DNA from: Minisyncoccia bacterium
GTDB taxonomy: Bacteria; Patescibacteriota; Minisyncoccia; UBA6257
DNA: 50,968 nucleotides
Direction: 5' to 3'
Assembly: GCA_049699995.1 (NCBI GenBank)
Contig: JBNAWD010000002.1
Location: forward strand, 1-50,968
Shown here: piece after piece, positions 21,356 to 30,361 of the stretch
Layout: every line of letters begins with the position of its first letter
How positions within the stretch are numbered: position 1 is the first letter of the stretch
Translations under genes and position numbers: made by a program
The notes under the pieces: model-generated
What the model was told of the DNA's origin: nothing
Seen by the model: the letters and a program-made list of their open reading frames with translations, nothing else
Databases searched by the model: none

Positions 21356-22015
21356 TTATTGATTTGCTTTAACTAATTTTTCCTCTAATTTTCGAAAGGT
21401 ATTTTTAGAAAATAATAAATATTTATGATTTAAAATCTCTATTAAATCTAAATTATCTAAAGTGACAATCCCTAAATATGGCAAATTTTTAACCCCTTGC
21501 TTGATATTTTTTTCTATTTGGGGATCTAAAATAATTAAAGACGATGGCATTTTTTTCTTTTTCTCTAGTTTTATGATATTTTTAAAAATTTTATCAAAAA
21601 TTTTAGTTTTTATCTCTTGGGTTTCTAAGCTGTCTACTATTTTCACTTCTTTGTCTATAATTTTTTTAGCAATAGCCATCCGCAGGGCTTTTTGTTTTAC
21701 TTTTTTATTAACTTTCTTTTTTAAATTTTCTTCTTTTCTTCTCGGACCGAAAACTACACCTCCCCCTCGCCATAAAGGAGAACGAATAGAACCATGGCGA
21801 GCCCGACCAGTTCCTTTTTGCCTCCAAGGTTTTTTCCCGCCCCCTTTCACTTCTTTCCTTGTCTTGGTAAAAGCTATTACCGGATACCTGTTAGCCCATA
21901 AAGTCTTAAATACCTGATGAAGGAAATCAGGATTAAATTTATCTCGGAAAATCTCCTCTCTTAATGGCATCTCTTCAATTATTTCTCCTTTCTGGTTATA
22001 AATTTCAATTTTCAT
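21356..22015 (-). CDS. rplD: 50S ribosomal protein L4
   Basis: GGGKKPWRQKGTGRARHGSIRSPLWRGGG motif. Confidence 0.95.
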   Translation of the reverse strand: MKIEIYNQKGEIIEEMPLREEIFRDKFNPDFLHQVFKTLWANRYPVIAFTKTRKEVKGGGKKPWRQKGTGRARHGSIRSPLWRGGGVVFGPRRKEENLKKKVNKKVKQKALRMAIAKKIIDKEVKIVDSLETQEIKTKIFDKIFKNIIKLEKKKKMPSSLIILDPQIEKNIKQGVKNLPYLGIVTLDNLDLIEILNHKYLLFSKNTFRKLEEKLVKANQ

Positions 22016-22021
22016 ACATTT

Positions 22022-22651
22022 TTATTTACTTTTAATCTCTAAAAGAGCGCCTCTTTTCCCCGGAACTGCGCCCCTTAGATATAGGAGGTTATTATCTGGA
22101 TCTACCTTTACAATTTCTAAGTTTTTAATAGTTACCCTTCGACCTCCAGCGCGACCAGCCATTTTTCGCCCTTTCACTACTCTTTGGGGAGTCGTGGCTC
22201 CAATGGAACCTGGCGCTCTCCAGCGATCTTTTGTCCCATGACTCTTAGGACTACCTTTAAAGTGATGCCTTTTGACTACTCCCTGAAATCCTTTACCCCG
22301 AGTGACTCCCGCCACATCAACTTTCTCACCCTCTTGAAAAATATCAACTTTAACTTCTTGACCAATTTGAAATTCGTTATTTCCTTCTTTCTCTTTATTT
22401 TCTTTATCTAACCGAAATTCTTTAATAAACTGAAAAACACCTGTTTTTTTAAATTGCCCTCTTAAAGGCTTAGAAACATTTTTTATTTTCTTTAAAAAGC
22501 CTACCTGAACCGCTTCATATCCATTTTTTTCTTTTGTCCTAATGTTTGTCACCACTATCGGCCCAGCTTGAACAATAGTAACAGGGATAACATTTCCTTC
22601 GCTATCGAAAATCTGACTCATTTTTACTTTTTTACCTAAAATAAATTTCAT
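22022..22651 (-). CDS. rplC: 50S ribosomal protein L3
   Basis: G.TRGKGFQGVVKRHHF.G motif. Confidence 0.95.
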   Translation of the reverse strand: MKFILGKKVKMSQIFDSEGNVIPVTIVQAGPIVVTNIRTKEKNGYEAVQVGFLKKIKNVSKPLRGQFKKTGVFQFIKEFRLDKENKEKEGNNEFQIGQEVKVDIFQEGEKVDVAGVTRGKGFQGVVKRHHFKGSPKSHGTKDRWRAPGSIGATTPQRVVKGRKMAGRAGGRRVTIKNLEIVKVDPDNNLLYLRGAVPGKRGALLEIKSK

Positions 22652-22654
22652 ATT

Positions 22655-22704
22655 GATAAAAAATTCACAGAAAAACTGGGCTATTGGCCCAGTTTTTCTG
22701 TGAA
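22655..22704 (-). terminator. strong terminator/attenuator-like hairpin between rpsJ and rplC
   Basis: Perfect 18-bp stem ttcacagaaaaactgggc (22664-22681) / gcccagtttttctgtgaa (22687-22704). On the minus strand it is followed by TTTTTTAT, 3 nt before the rplC ATG. Confidence 0.55.
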
Positions 22705-22719
22705 ATAAAAACAGAAAAA

Positions 22720-23046
22720 TTACATTTTAATTTCCACTTCCACACCGGCCGGTAAATCTAAATTAGAAAGAGCTTCTATAATTTTCTGATCAGGATTAAT
22801 AATTTCTATTAATCTCTTGTGAATTCTCATTTCAAACTGTTCTCGCGAATCTTTCTTGACAAAGGTTGCTCTGTTGATTGTATACCTTTTTATCTCGGTA
22901 GGAAGAGGAATAGGACCAATAGCTTTATTTCCTGTTCTGATAGCAGTATCCAAAATCTGCTGACAGGAATTATCTAATATCCGGTGGTCGTAACTCTTTA
23001 TTTTTATTCGTAATTTTTGCTCGTTTTCTGTCTTTGTTCTAACCAC
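22720..23046 (-). CDS. rpsJ: 30S ribosomal protein S10
   Basis: LRIK.KSYDH..LD pattern, lying ahead of rplC. Confidence 0.95.
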   Translation of the reverse strand: MVRTKTENEQKLRIKIKSYDHRILDNSCQQILDTAIRTGNKAIGPIPLPTEIKRYTINRATFVKKDSREQFEMRIHKRLIEIINPDQKIIEALSNLDLPAGVEVEIKM

Positions 23047-23085
23047 AAAATTTTAAATTGTTAAAATTTGATTCTTTTCTTTTTA

Positions 23086-24285
23086 TTACTCTAAAATTTT
23101 TGTCACCACTCCTGCGCCAACAGTTTTTCCTCCCTCTCGGATAGCAAATCTTAATCCTTCTTCAATGGCGACAGGTACGATTAAAGAAATAACTACTTTC
23201 ACGCTATCACCCGGCATCACCATCTCCACACCTTGAGGCAAACTTACTTCTCCTGTCACATCAGCGGTTCGAATATAGAATTGAGGTTTATATCCGGTAA
23301 AGAAAGGAGTATGCCTCCCTCCTTCTTCTTTTGTCAAAACATAGATTTCAGCTTCAAATTTTCGATGAGGGGTAATAGTTCCTGGCTTGGCTATTACCTG
23401 TCCTCTTCTTATTTCCTCTTTTTTAATTCCCCTTAAAAGTAGACCAACGTTATCTCCGGCTTGAGCTTCATCCATTGATTTATTAAACATCTCAATTCCG
23501 GTCACTACTGTTTTAATTGTTGGGTGATAGCCGACAATTTCTATTTCTTCATTTAATTTTATCGCTCCCCTTTCCACTCTTCCAGTGGCAACAGTCCCTC
23601 GACCCTCGATAGAAAAGATATCTTCGATGGGCATTAAAAAGGGTTTATCTGTTTCTCTCACTGGATCAGGGAAATAACTATCAATGGCATCCAATAAATC
23701 ATAAATTGGTTTTAAATTAGGATCATCAGCGGATTTTGCTTCTAAAGCTTTTAAAGCTGATCCCTTAATCACTGGAGAATTTTTACCATCAAATCCTTGT
23801 TTTGTCAATAACTCTCTTATCTCTGTCTCTACTAAATCGATTAATTCAGGATCAGAAACCATATCAACTTTATTTAAAAATACTACTATCGCCGGAACTC
23901 CTACTTGACGAGCCAAAAGAATATGTTCAAAAGTCTGAGGCATTGGGCCATCTGCCGCTGAGACTACTAAAATTGCTCCATCCATCTGGGCAGAACCAGT
24001 AATCATATTTTTTATATAATCAATATGACCCGGACAATCGATATGAGCATAATGCCGCTTATCCGTTTCATATTCAGAATGGTGGACATTAATTGTAATA
24101 CCTCTCGCCTTTTCCTCTGGCGCTTTATCAATTTCGTCAACTGATAAAGCTTTCTTTGCCAAACCCTTTAAATAAAGGGCATGAAGAATAGCGGCAGTGA
24201 GAGTGGTCTTCCCATGGTCAATGTGTCCAATGGTCCCCACATTCATATGAGGTTTCGTGCGAATAAACTTTTCTTTTTCTGCCAT
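23086..24285 (-). CDS. tuf: elongation factor Tu
   Basis: [15 protein letters not shown] and NK.D G-motifs. Length is 399 aa. Confidence 0.97.
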   Translation of the reverse strand: MAEKEKFIRTKPHMNVGTIGHIDHGKTTLTAAILHALYLKGLAKKALSVDEIDKAPEEKARGITINVHHSEYETDKRHYAHIDCPGHIDYIKNMITGSAQMDGAILVVSAADGPMPQTFEHILLARQVGVPAIVVFLNKVDMVSDPELIDLVETEIRELLTKQGFDGKNSPVIKGSALKALEAKSADDPNLKPIYDLLDAIDSYFPDPVRETDKPFLMPIEDIFSIEGRGTVATGRVERGAIKLNEEIEIVGYHPTIKTVVTGIEMFNKSMDEAQAGDNVGLLLRGIKKEEIRRGQVIAKPGTITPHRKFEAEIYVLTKEEGGRHTPFFTGYKPQFYIRTADVTGEVSLPQGVEMVMPGDSVKVVISLIVPVAIEEGLRFAIREGGKTVGAGVVTKILE

Positions 24286-24346
24286 ATTTTTAAATTTATT
24301 TTGAATTATTTATAAAATTAAAAAGACCTTTAAGGAGAATATCCTA

Positions 24347-24375
24347 ATATTAAAAAATATTTTCAAAAAAGTCAA
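24347..24375 (-). promoter_or_regulatory. candidate internal promoter for tuf
   Basis: The minus strand reads TTGACT (24375-24370, overlapping the fusA stop), a 17-nt spacer, then TAATAT (24352-24347). Confidence 0.35.
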
Positions 24376-26486
24376 GAAGCTTTATCTTTTTTGATCCCTA
24401 TAATTTGCTGAGTAATTACTTCTGGAACAGGAGCGTAATGATCAAATTCCATCGTAAAAGATCCTCTTCCTTCAGTTAAAGACCTGAGTTTCGTGGCATA
24501 ACCAAACATTTCTTTTAATGGCACTTTAGCATCAATTACTTTCATCATCGCCCGCTCTTTAATTTCTTCTACCTTTCCCCGCTTTGAGTTTAAATCACCA
24601 ATTACATCTCCCATAAACTGTTCAGGAACAACCACTTCCACTTTCATTATTGGTTCCAATAAGATAGGGTTAGCTTTCCTGACTCCTTCCTGTAAAGCAA
24701 TTGATCCAGCGATTTTGAAAGCGAAATCGGATGAATCTACTTCGTGGAAAGAACCATCATATAATGTAACCCTGATATCTGTCAAAGGATAACCGGCAAG
24801 AATCCCTTTGTCCATTGCCTCTTTTACCCCTTTCTCCACCGCCGGAATAAACTCCTTCGGAATAATTCCTCCTTTGATCATATCAACAAATTCAAAACCT
24901 TTGCCTCTTTCCAAAGGTTCAATTCTTAACCAAACATGACCATATTGACCGCGACCCCCTGATTGACGAATATATTTTCCTTCACTCTCTACAGCCTTTA
25001 CAATAGTCTCTTTATAGGCAACTTGCGGTTCTCCTGTTTTAACCTTTACATTAAATTCCCTTTTCATCCGATCTACCAAAATTTCTAAATGAAGTTCGCC
25101 CATTCCCGAGATAATTGTTTCTCCGGTTTCTTCATCAGTTTTAACTTTAAAAGTAGGGTCTTCTTCCATTAATTTTTTCAAAACAATCGAAACTTTTTCT
25201 AAATCCGCTTTTGTCTCGGGTTCTATTTTCATAGAAATTACTGGTTCAGGAAAAGTAATTTTTTCTAAAATAATTGGATGATCCGGATCGCACAAAGTGT
25301 CACTCGTAACAGTATTTTTCAACCCAACAGTGGCGGCAATGTCTCCCGCCTTTATCTCGTCAATTTCTTCTCGATGATTAGCATGCATTCTTAATAACCG
25401 CCCTATTCTTTCTTGTTGATTTTTAGAAGCATTTAAAAGATAATTTCCTTTTTTAAAAACGCCTGAATAAACACGAAAATATGTTAATGTTCCCACATAA
25501 GGATCAGCCATAACTTTAAAAACTAAAGCGCAGAATGGTTCTTCATCTAATGGTTTCCTTATCTCTTCCTGATTTGTTTTCGGGTTGATGCCTGTCACGG
25601 GCGGCAAATCCAATGGAGAAGGCAAATACTCAACTATTGCGTCAAGCAATGGTTGAACGCCTTTATTCCTAAAAGAAGATCCGCACAAAACCGGAACTAT
25701 TTTTCCCGCAATTGTTGATTTTCTTAAAACCCTTCTTATTTCTTCAACATTGAGTTCTTCTCCTTCTAAATATTTCATCATCAATTCTTCCTCTTGCTCT
25801 ACAACTTTTTCTATTAAAAGATCACGCCATTTTTTAGCTTCTTCTTTTAAACGCTCCGGGATTTCTTTTGTTTCTAATACTTCTCCATTTTGACCTCCGA
25901 AATAAATGGCTTTCATTTGGATTAAATCTATCACCCCCTCAAATTTATCTTCCGCCCCGATTGGGATATTTATTGGTTGGGCATTAGGAGTTAGTCTCTC
26001 TCTAATTGATTCTAAACTTTTCCAAAAATTTGCCCCCAAACGATCCATTTTATTAATAAAACACATTCTAGGGACATTAAATTTGTCAGCCTGATGCCAA
26101 ACAGTCTCTGACTGAGGCTCCACTCCGGCCACCCCATCGAAAATAACCACTGCGCCATCCAATACCCTTAAAGATCTTTGTACCTCAGCGGTAAAATCAA
26201 TGTGACCAGGGGTATCAATAATATTGATTCGATACTCAAAGTTTTTATCTTTGTTTCGATAAGTAGGGGTCCAAAAACAAGTGGTGGCGGCTGAAGTAAT
26301 CGTAATACCCCTTTCCCTCTCCTGTTCCATCCAATCCATCACAGTTGTCCCTTCATCAATATTACCGATTTTGTAAGTTAAACCGGTATAAAATAAAACT
26401 CTCTCCGTGGTGGTAGTTTTCCCGGCATCAATATGAGCAACAAAACCAATATTCCTAATTTTTTCAATAGGATATTTATTCTCCAT
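24372..26486 (-). CDS. fusA: elongation factor G
   Basis: [14 protein letters not shown] and NK.DR motifs. I place the start at the ATG at 26486 ([15 protein letters not shown]..), which clears the rpsG stop. The longer ORF to 26519 would overlap rpsG by 23 nt. Confidence 0.93.
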   Translation of the reverse strand: MENKYPIEKIRNIGFVAHIDAGKTTTTERVLFYTGLTYKIGNIDEGTTVMDWMEQERERGITITSAATTCFWTPTYRNKDKNFEYRINIIDTPGHIDFTAEVQRSLRVLDGAVVIFDGVAGVEPQSETVWHQADKFNVPRMCFINKMDRLGANFWKSLESIRERLTPNAQPINIPIGAEDKFEGVIDLIQMKAIYFGGQNGEVLETKEIPERLKEEAKKWRDLLIEKVVEQEEELMMKYLEGEELNVEEIRRVLRKSTIAGKIVPVLCGSSFRNKGVQPLLDAIVEYLPSPLDLPPVTGINPKTNQEEIRKPLDEEPFCALVFKVMADPYVGTLTYFRVYSGVFKKGNYLLNASKNQQERIGRLLRMHANHREEIDEIKAGDIAATVGLKNTVTSDTLCDPDHPIILEKITFPEPVISMKIEPETKADLEKVSIVLKKLMEEDPTFKVKTDEETGETIISGMGELHLEILVDRMKREFNVKVKTGEPQVAYKETIVKAVESEGKYIRQSGGRGQYGHVWLRIEPLERGKGFEFVDMIKGGIIPKEFIPAVEKGVKEAMDKGILAGYPLTDIRVTLYDGSFHEVDSSDFAFKIAGSIALQEGVRKANPILLEPIMKVEVVVPEQFMGDVIGDLNSKRGKVEEIKERAMMKVIDAKVPLKEMFGYATKLRSLTEGRGSFTMEFDHYAPVPEVITQQIIGIKKDKAS

Positions 26487-26496
26487 AGTAAACCTA

Positions 26497-26967
26497 TTAT
26501 TTTGTTCCAAATTGGGCAAAAGCGCGATTGGCTTCCGCCATTTTTTCGACTGTTAACCTTTTTTTATAAGCATCTCCTTCTTTTTTAGAAGCTAAGATTA
26601 ATTCTTCTGCTAATTTCTCTGCCATTGATTTTCCCTTTTTCCCTCTGGCTGATTCTAAAATCCAACGAGAAGCTAAAATAAATTTACGATATTCAGGAAC
26701 CTTTCGAGGAATTTGATAATTAGCCCCTCCGATTCTTCGAGTCACTAATTCTTGCTCTGGAGAAACATTTTCTATTGCTAAATTAAAAATGCTTAAAGGG
26801 TCTTGATTGACTTTCTTTTTAACAATTTCCATTGCCTGATAAAAAATTTTTTTAGCCACTGTCTTTTTTCCTTCCCTCATTATATAATTTATAAATTTCG
26901 TCACTTGAGGACTTTGAAAAACTAAATCAGGCTCGTATGTTCTTTCTATTCGATGTTTTCTTCTCAT
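26497..26967 (-). CDS. rpsG: 30S ribosomal protein S7
   Basis: ..INY.M..GKK..A..I.Y.A. family pattern, lying between rpsL and fusA. Confidence 0.95.
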   Translation of the reverse strand: MRRKHRIERTYEPDLVFQSPQVTKFINYIMREGKKTVAKKIFYQAMEIVKKKVNQDPLSIFNLAIENVSPEQELVTRRIGGANYQIPRKVPEYRKFILASRWILESARGKKGKSMAEKLAEELILASKKEGDAYKKRLTVEKMAEANRAFAQFGTK

Positions 26968-26970
26968 GTT

Positions 26971-27390
26971 TTATTTATTTTCTTTAGATTTTTTCGCTCC
27001 GTATTTGCTTCTTTGTTGTTTTCGATTTTCTACACCGCTAGTATCATATTTCCCTCGAACAATATGATACCTTACCCCTGGCAAATCCTTAACCCTGCCT
27101 CCTCGGACTAAAACTATTGAGTGTTCTTGTAAATTATGACCTTCTCCGGGAATGTAGGCGGTAATTTCCATCCCATTAGACAATTTTACCCTCGCCACTT
27201 TTCTTAAAGCAGAATTCGGTTTTTTAGGGGTAGTGGTAAAAACTTTTAAACAAACCCCTTTCTTAAAAGGAGAGGGATGGTAAAGAGGTTTATTCTTTAA
27301 GTTATTAAAAGAAAAAGAAAGGGCAACCGCTTTGCTCTTTTTCTTAATAGTTGATCTTCCTTTTCTGATTAATTGACTTAATGTTGGCAT
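26971..27390 (-). CDS. rpsL: 30S ribosomal protein S12
   Basis: [13 protein letters not shown]-terminus and [10 protein letters not shown] motif. Confidence 0.96.
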   Translation of the reverse strand: MPTLSQLIRKGRSTIKKKSKAVALSFSFNNLKNKPLYHPSPFKKGVCLKVFTTTPKKPNSALRKVARVKLSNGMEITAYIPGEGHNLQEHSIVLVRGGRVKDLPGVRYHIVRGKYDTSGVENRKQQRSKYGAKKSKENK

Positions 27391-27414
27391 ATTGGATAAA
27401 GAAAAAGTTTTTGT

Positions 27415-27443
27415 ATTTTAACAGAAATTATTCCTTTTGTCAA
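27415..27443 (-). promoter_or_regulatory. promoter of the rpsL-rpsG-fusA operon
   Basis: The minus strand reads TTGACA (27443-27438), a 17-nt spacer, then TAAAAT (27420-27415). Confidence 0.5.
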
Positions 27444-27464
27444 AATAAAATAAATTTCATTTTT

Positions 27465-27489
27465 AAAAGAAACCCCCGGAAAGGGTTTC
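27465..27489 (-). terminator. terminator after tRNA-Val
   Basis: Stem gaaaccc (27469-27475) / gggtttc (27483-27489), followed on the minus strand by TTTT. Confidence 0.5.
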
Positions 27490-27500
27490 TCGGCTTTTAG

Positions 27501-27572
27501 TGAGCCCAGATGGATTCGAACCATCGACCTTTGGTATGTGACACCAACGCTCTACCACTGAGCTATGGGCTC
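27501..27572 (-). tRNA. tRNA-Val (anticodon CAC)
   Basis: Folded by hand. Acceptor GAGCCCA/TGGGCTC, anticodon stem ttggt/accaa with loop gtCACat, T-loop TTCGAAT. CCA is not encoded. Confidence 0.88.
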
Positions 27573-27599
27573 ACTTTTAAGCCCTTTTATTATATCAAA

Positions 27600-27655
27600 A
27601 AATTTATTTTATCTCTATAGTTGCTCCAAATTTATTTTATCTCTATAGTTGCTCC
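27600..27655. repeat. perfect 28-bp tandem duplication covering the rplL 3' end
   Basis: aaatttattttatctctatagttgctcc occurs at 27600-27627 and again at 27628-27655. The second copy holds the last 7 codons and the stop of rplL. Confidence 0.95.
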
Positions 27656-28042
27656 GGCAGCTTCTAATTTTTTCTTTATTTCTTCTGCTTCAGTTAAAGA
27701 AATATTTTCTTTTATCGCTTTAGGCGCTCCATCAACAATATCTTTTGCCTCTTTTAATCCAATACCCAATAAATCTTTGACTTCTTTGATTAACTGAACT
27801 TTAGATTGACCAGCATCTTTTAAAATTACCGAAACAGTATCCGCTCCTTTTCCTTCTTGGGATCCGCCCTCCGAAGAACCTCCAGCAACTGGCGTAGACA
27901 TAGCTGTTGGCATATAGCTTACTCCAAACTTTTCCTCTAAATACCCAACTAATTCTGACAATTCTAAAACGGTTAATTTTTCTATTTTTTCTACGAGTTC
28001 CTGAATTTTTTCGGAGACTTTTGTTTTTTCTTGATTTTCCAT
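27632..28042 (-). CDS. rplL: 50S ribosomal protein L7/L12
   Basis: N-terminal dimerisation helix, Gly/Ser/Glu-rich hinge, and C-terminal ..LKEAKD.V...P..IKE......AE.IK..LE.AGA..E.K. Confidence 0.95.
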   Translation of the reverse strand: MENQEKTKVSEKIQELVEKIEKLTVLELSELVGYLEEKFGVSYMPTAMSTPVAGGSSEGGSQEGKGADTVSVILKDAGQSKVQLIKEVKDLLGIGLKEAKDIVDGAPKAIKENISLTEAEEIKKKLEAAGATIEIK

Positions 28043-28067
28043 ATTATTTTTTATGGTATTTTATTTT

Positions 28068-28586
28068 TTATTTATTTCGACCTGCTAAAAATCTTAATGA
28101 ATGCGCTAGTTTTAATAGATTCCCTTTCAAAGAATAATCCAACCTAAAAACAGGAGATTTTAAACCGCTTATTAACTTACCAATCAATATCTCTTTAGAA
28201 GGAATCTTTGCCAACTTCTTAAAGACTTCGTTAGTAAGCCACTCATTTTCCAATAATCCGCCTACTACTTTTATGTTTTCTTTATCTTTCATAAACTTAT
28301 CTAAAATATTAGCCACTCCTACCGGATCCTGAAAAGCAAAGCTAACCATTGTCTGACCTTTTAATTGTTCCATCTCCAATCCGCCCAGCCCTAATTTTTG
28401 AAAAGCTATTTTTAAAAGATTATTTTTTATTACTCGGACTTTTCCTTCTTTCTGTCCAACTTCCCTCCGAAGCTCGTTTAAATCTTTAGTTTTCAGTTTG
28501 GCAAAATTAAGAAAATAGGCTCCCTGAGCTTTTTTAAAATTTTCTATTAAATCTTGAACTACTTCTCTTTTTTTCTTTTTTTCCAT
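28068..28586 (-). CDS. rplJ: 50S ribosomal protein L10
   Basis: 172 aa immediately upstream of rplL, with the family pattern ..L....R......G....V.KN.L...A. Confidence 0.9.
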   Translation of the reverse strand: MEKKKKREVVQDLIENFKKAQGAYFLNFAKLKTKDLNELRREVGQKEGKVRVIKNNLLKIAFQKLGLGGLEMEQLKGQTMVSFAFQDPVGVANILDKFMKDKENIKVVGGLLENEWLTNEVFKKLAKIPSKEILIGKLISGLKSPVFRLDYSLKGNLLKLAHSLRFLAGRNK

Positions 28587-28693
28587 GTTTTTATTTTAAA
28601 TAAAAAATCTGTGGTTTCCCACAGACATCAAAAATAAAAATTTTTTCCTCGTCAGGACTTATGGTGTTAACCTGCCTGATGTCTTAGGAAACC
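28587..28693 (-). promoter_or_regulatory. structured rplJ 5' leader with attenuator hairpin (L10-leader-like)
   Basis: In the minus-strand RNA, nested stems GACAUCA...UGAUGUC and UCAGG...CCUGA are followed by a 7-bp hairpin UCUGUGG-GAAA-CCACAGA and a U-run (28601-28625), ending about 15 nt before the rplJ ATG. Confidence 0.4.
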
Positions 28694-28710
28694 GAAAGGT
28701 AATGACAGGA
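28694..28710 (-). repeat. 3' arm of the 17-nt inverted repeat bracketing CDS 28733-29038
   Basis: gaaaggtaatgacagga on the plus strand. It matches 16 of 17 positions of the reverse complement of 29089-29105. Confidence 0.9.
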
Positions 28711-28732
28711 GTTTTTATAGGTATCAACGTTA

Positions 28733-29038
28733 TCATTTTTTCACTCCTTTCTGATTACTTCTTATAAGATGAGAGATTAACTGATTTATTTCTTTTTCTA
28801 GGCTCTTGACCTCAGCGAAATCTGAAGTGAAAACAACCAAATTCATTTTCCTAAAAATTTTTGAAGGAAATTTGTATCTTTTCTCTAACTCAATAACTTG
28901 CTTTAAATATTCCTCTTGCGGTGTCTTGAACCGAATCTCGATTGCTTTCAAAATGTATTCTAAAAACTTAGTTCTTCTTTCTTCAATCAGCCTCCGAACA
29001 AACCGCCAAGCTCTTTCTTTTTCGTTTTCAAGGTACAT
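28733..29038 (-). CDS. hypothetical 101-aa helical protein
   Basis: ATG at 29038 lies 8 nt after a strong SD (AAGGGGG). The ORF track's GTG start at 29047 abuts the SD. I recognise no family. The gene sits where rplK-rplA usually lie. Confidence 0.6.
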   Translation of the reverse strand: MYLENEKERAWRFVRRLIEERRTKFLEYILKAIEIRFKTPQEEYLKQVIELEKRYKFPSKIFRKMNLVVFTSDFAEVKSLEKEINQLISHLIRSNQKGVKK

Positions 29039-29088
29039 TGAAATCACCCCCTTGTTTTAATTGATGTTTATATAATATTTTGTTATTT

Positions 29089-29105
29089 TCCTGTCATCAC
29101 CTTTC
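29089..29105 (-). repeat. 5' arm of the 17-nt inverted repeat
   Basis: tcctgtcatcacctttc on the plus strand, starting a few nt downstream of the predicted transcription start site (TSS). Confidence 0.9.
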
Positions 29106-29115
29106 TTGGCTATTT

Positions 29116-29144
29116 ACTTTAACAGATATTTAAATAAAAATCAA
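29116..29144 (-). promoter_or_regulatory. candidate promoter for the hypothetical gene / rplJL unit
   Basis: The minus strand reads TTGATT (29144-29139), a 17-nt spacer, then TAAAGT (29121-29116). Confidence 0.4.
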
Positions 29145-29206
29145 GTCTTCACCCAAAAATAAAAATTTTACTTTTTTAGGAAAAGGGGTATAATTTTTAA
29201 AATTTT

Positions 29207-30361
29207 ATGGATTTCTATAAAAACTTTCAAAATATCTTTCCAAATTTCAAAATTAAAAATTTGGATTTAGAAAAAGAAGCGGTTTATTTAAACGCTTTAA
29301 ATCTATATTTTCAAAAAAATTTTTTAAAAATTTATTCATTCTTAAAAGAATACCCATCTTTTTCCTCAGCTTTTTCGTCAATTAAGAAAAAAGAAAATAT
29401 AAAAATTGATCCTTTAAAAGAATGGCACAAATTAAAAAAAACTAATATAGAATTTATTCCTTTTTGGGAAAAGTGTTATCCTAATCTTTTAAAAGAAATC
29501 TCCAATCCACCGCTAGCTCTTTATTTTTTAAGCAAAATATTTTCCAAAAACAATCTTTCAGAAATTTTTACCCAATATCCTTCTTTAGCTATTGTTGGCA
29601 CAAGAAAAATTAGCGAGTACGGAAATAAAGTAGTAGAGAAAATAATTCAAGAATTAAAAAATTTTAATTTCTTAATTATTAGTGGATTAGCCTACGGAGT
29701 TGACGCTTGTGTTCATAAAAATTGTCTAAAAAATGAAATTTTTAATTTGGCAATTTTGGCTTCTGGATTAACAAACATTACCCCCTCTTCTCATTTTCTA
29801 TTGGCTAAAAAAATCATTAACAAAGGAGGACTCATTTCAGAATATCCATTAAATACTCCTTCTCTCAAGCAATATTTTCCTTGGCGAAATAGAATTATTT
29901 CCGGTTTAAGCTTGGGAGTATTGATTATTGAGGCGCCTTTAAAAAGCGGAGCTTTAATTACTGCCCATTTTGCCCTAGAACAGAATCGAGAAATTTTTGC
30001 TGTCCCTGGTTCAATTTTTAATCAAAAATCTTCTGGTTGTCATCTTCTTATTAAAAATGGCGCAAAATTAGTAGAAAAAGCCGAAGACATTATTGAAGAT
30101 TTAATATATTATCATCCAGGCTTAAAAGAGAAAATAAAAAATCTTTCTCCTCAAAATAATTCTTTTCAAACTACTCTTACCAACAAGGAAAAACAAGTTT
30201 TGGATATTTTATCCTGTGAAAGACCTGTTTCTCTTGACAAAATATTGGAAAAAATTAACCTTAAAACAACGGAGGTTTTAAGTATTTTATCAGAATTAGA
30301 ACTAAAAGGACTTGTCAAAGAAAACCAAGGTCTTTATACTAAAATTTATAACCAAAAATGA
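29207..30361 (+). CDS. dprA: DNA processing protein DprA (Smf)
   Basis: Rossmann-like core with GLA.G.D...H, GG.ISE.P, .RNRIISGLS and AVPG motifs, plus a C-terminal winged-helix tail. Confidence 0.92.
   Translation: MDFYKNFQNIFPNFKIKNLDLEKEAVYLNALNLYFQKNFLKIYSFLKEYPSFSSAFSSIKKKENIKIDPLKEWHKLKKTNIEFIPFWEKCYPNLLKEISNPPLALYFLSKIFSKNNLSEIFTQYPSLAIVGTRKISEYGNKVVEKIIQELKNFNFLIISGLAYGVDACVHKNCLKNEIFNLAILASGLTNITPSSHFLLAKKIINKGGLISEYPLNTPSLKQYFPWRNRIISGLSLGVLIIEAPLKSGALITAHFALEQNREIFAVPGSIFNQKSSGCHLLIKNGAKLVEKAEDIIEDLIYYHPGLKEKIKNLSPQNNSFQTTLTNKEKQVLDILSCERPVSLDKILEKINLKTTEVLSILSELELKGLVKENQGLYTKIYNQK

Noticed and set aside
21462-21917. 151-aa ORF antisense to rplD, representative of the many 60-105-aa antisense ORFs listed inside ribosomal, EF and secY genes
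   Set aside because: The sense-strand genes are highly conserved. The antisense ORFs are Phe/Leu/Ile/Lys-rich by-products of AT-rich codon usage.
26487-26519. 11-codon N-terminal extension of fusA
   Set aside because: It would overlap rpsG by 23 nt. Starting at MENKY gives the usual spacing before the [14 protein letters not shown]1 motif. It cannot be excluded without data.
28694-29105. Possibility that the repeat-bracketed segment is a structured ncRNA such as RNase P RNA, which also has end-to-end pairing
   Set aside because: It contains a clean 101-codon ORF with a strong SD at correct spacing. I could not find the RNase P conserved GGAAAGUCC-type motifs.
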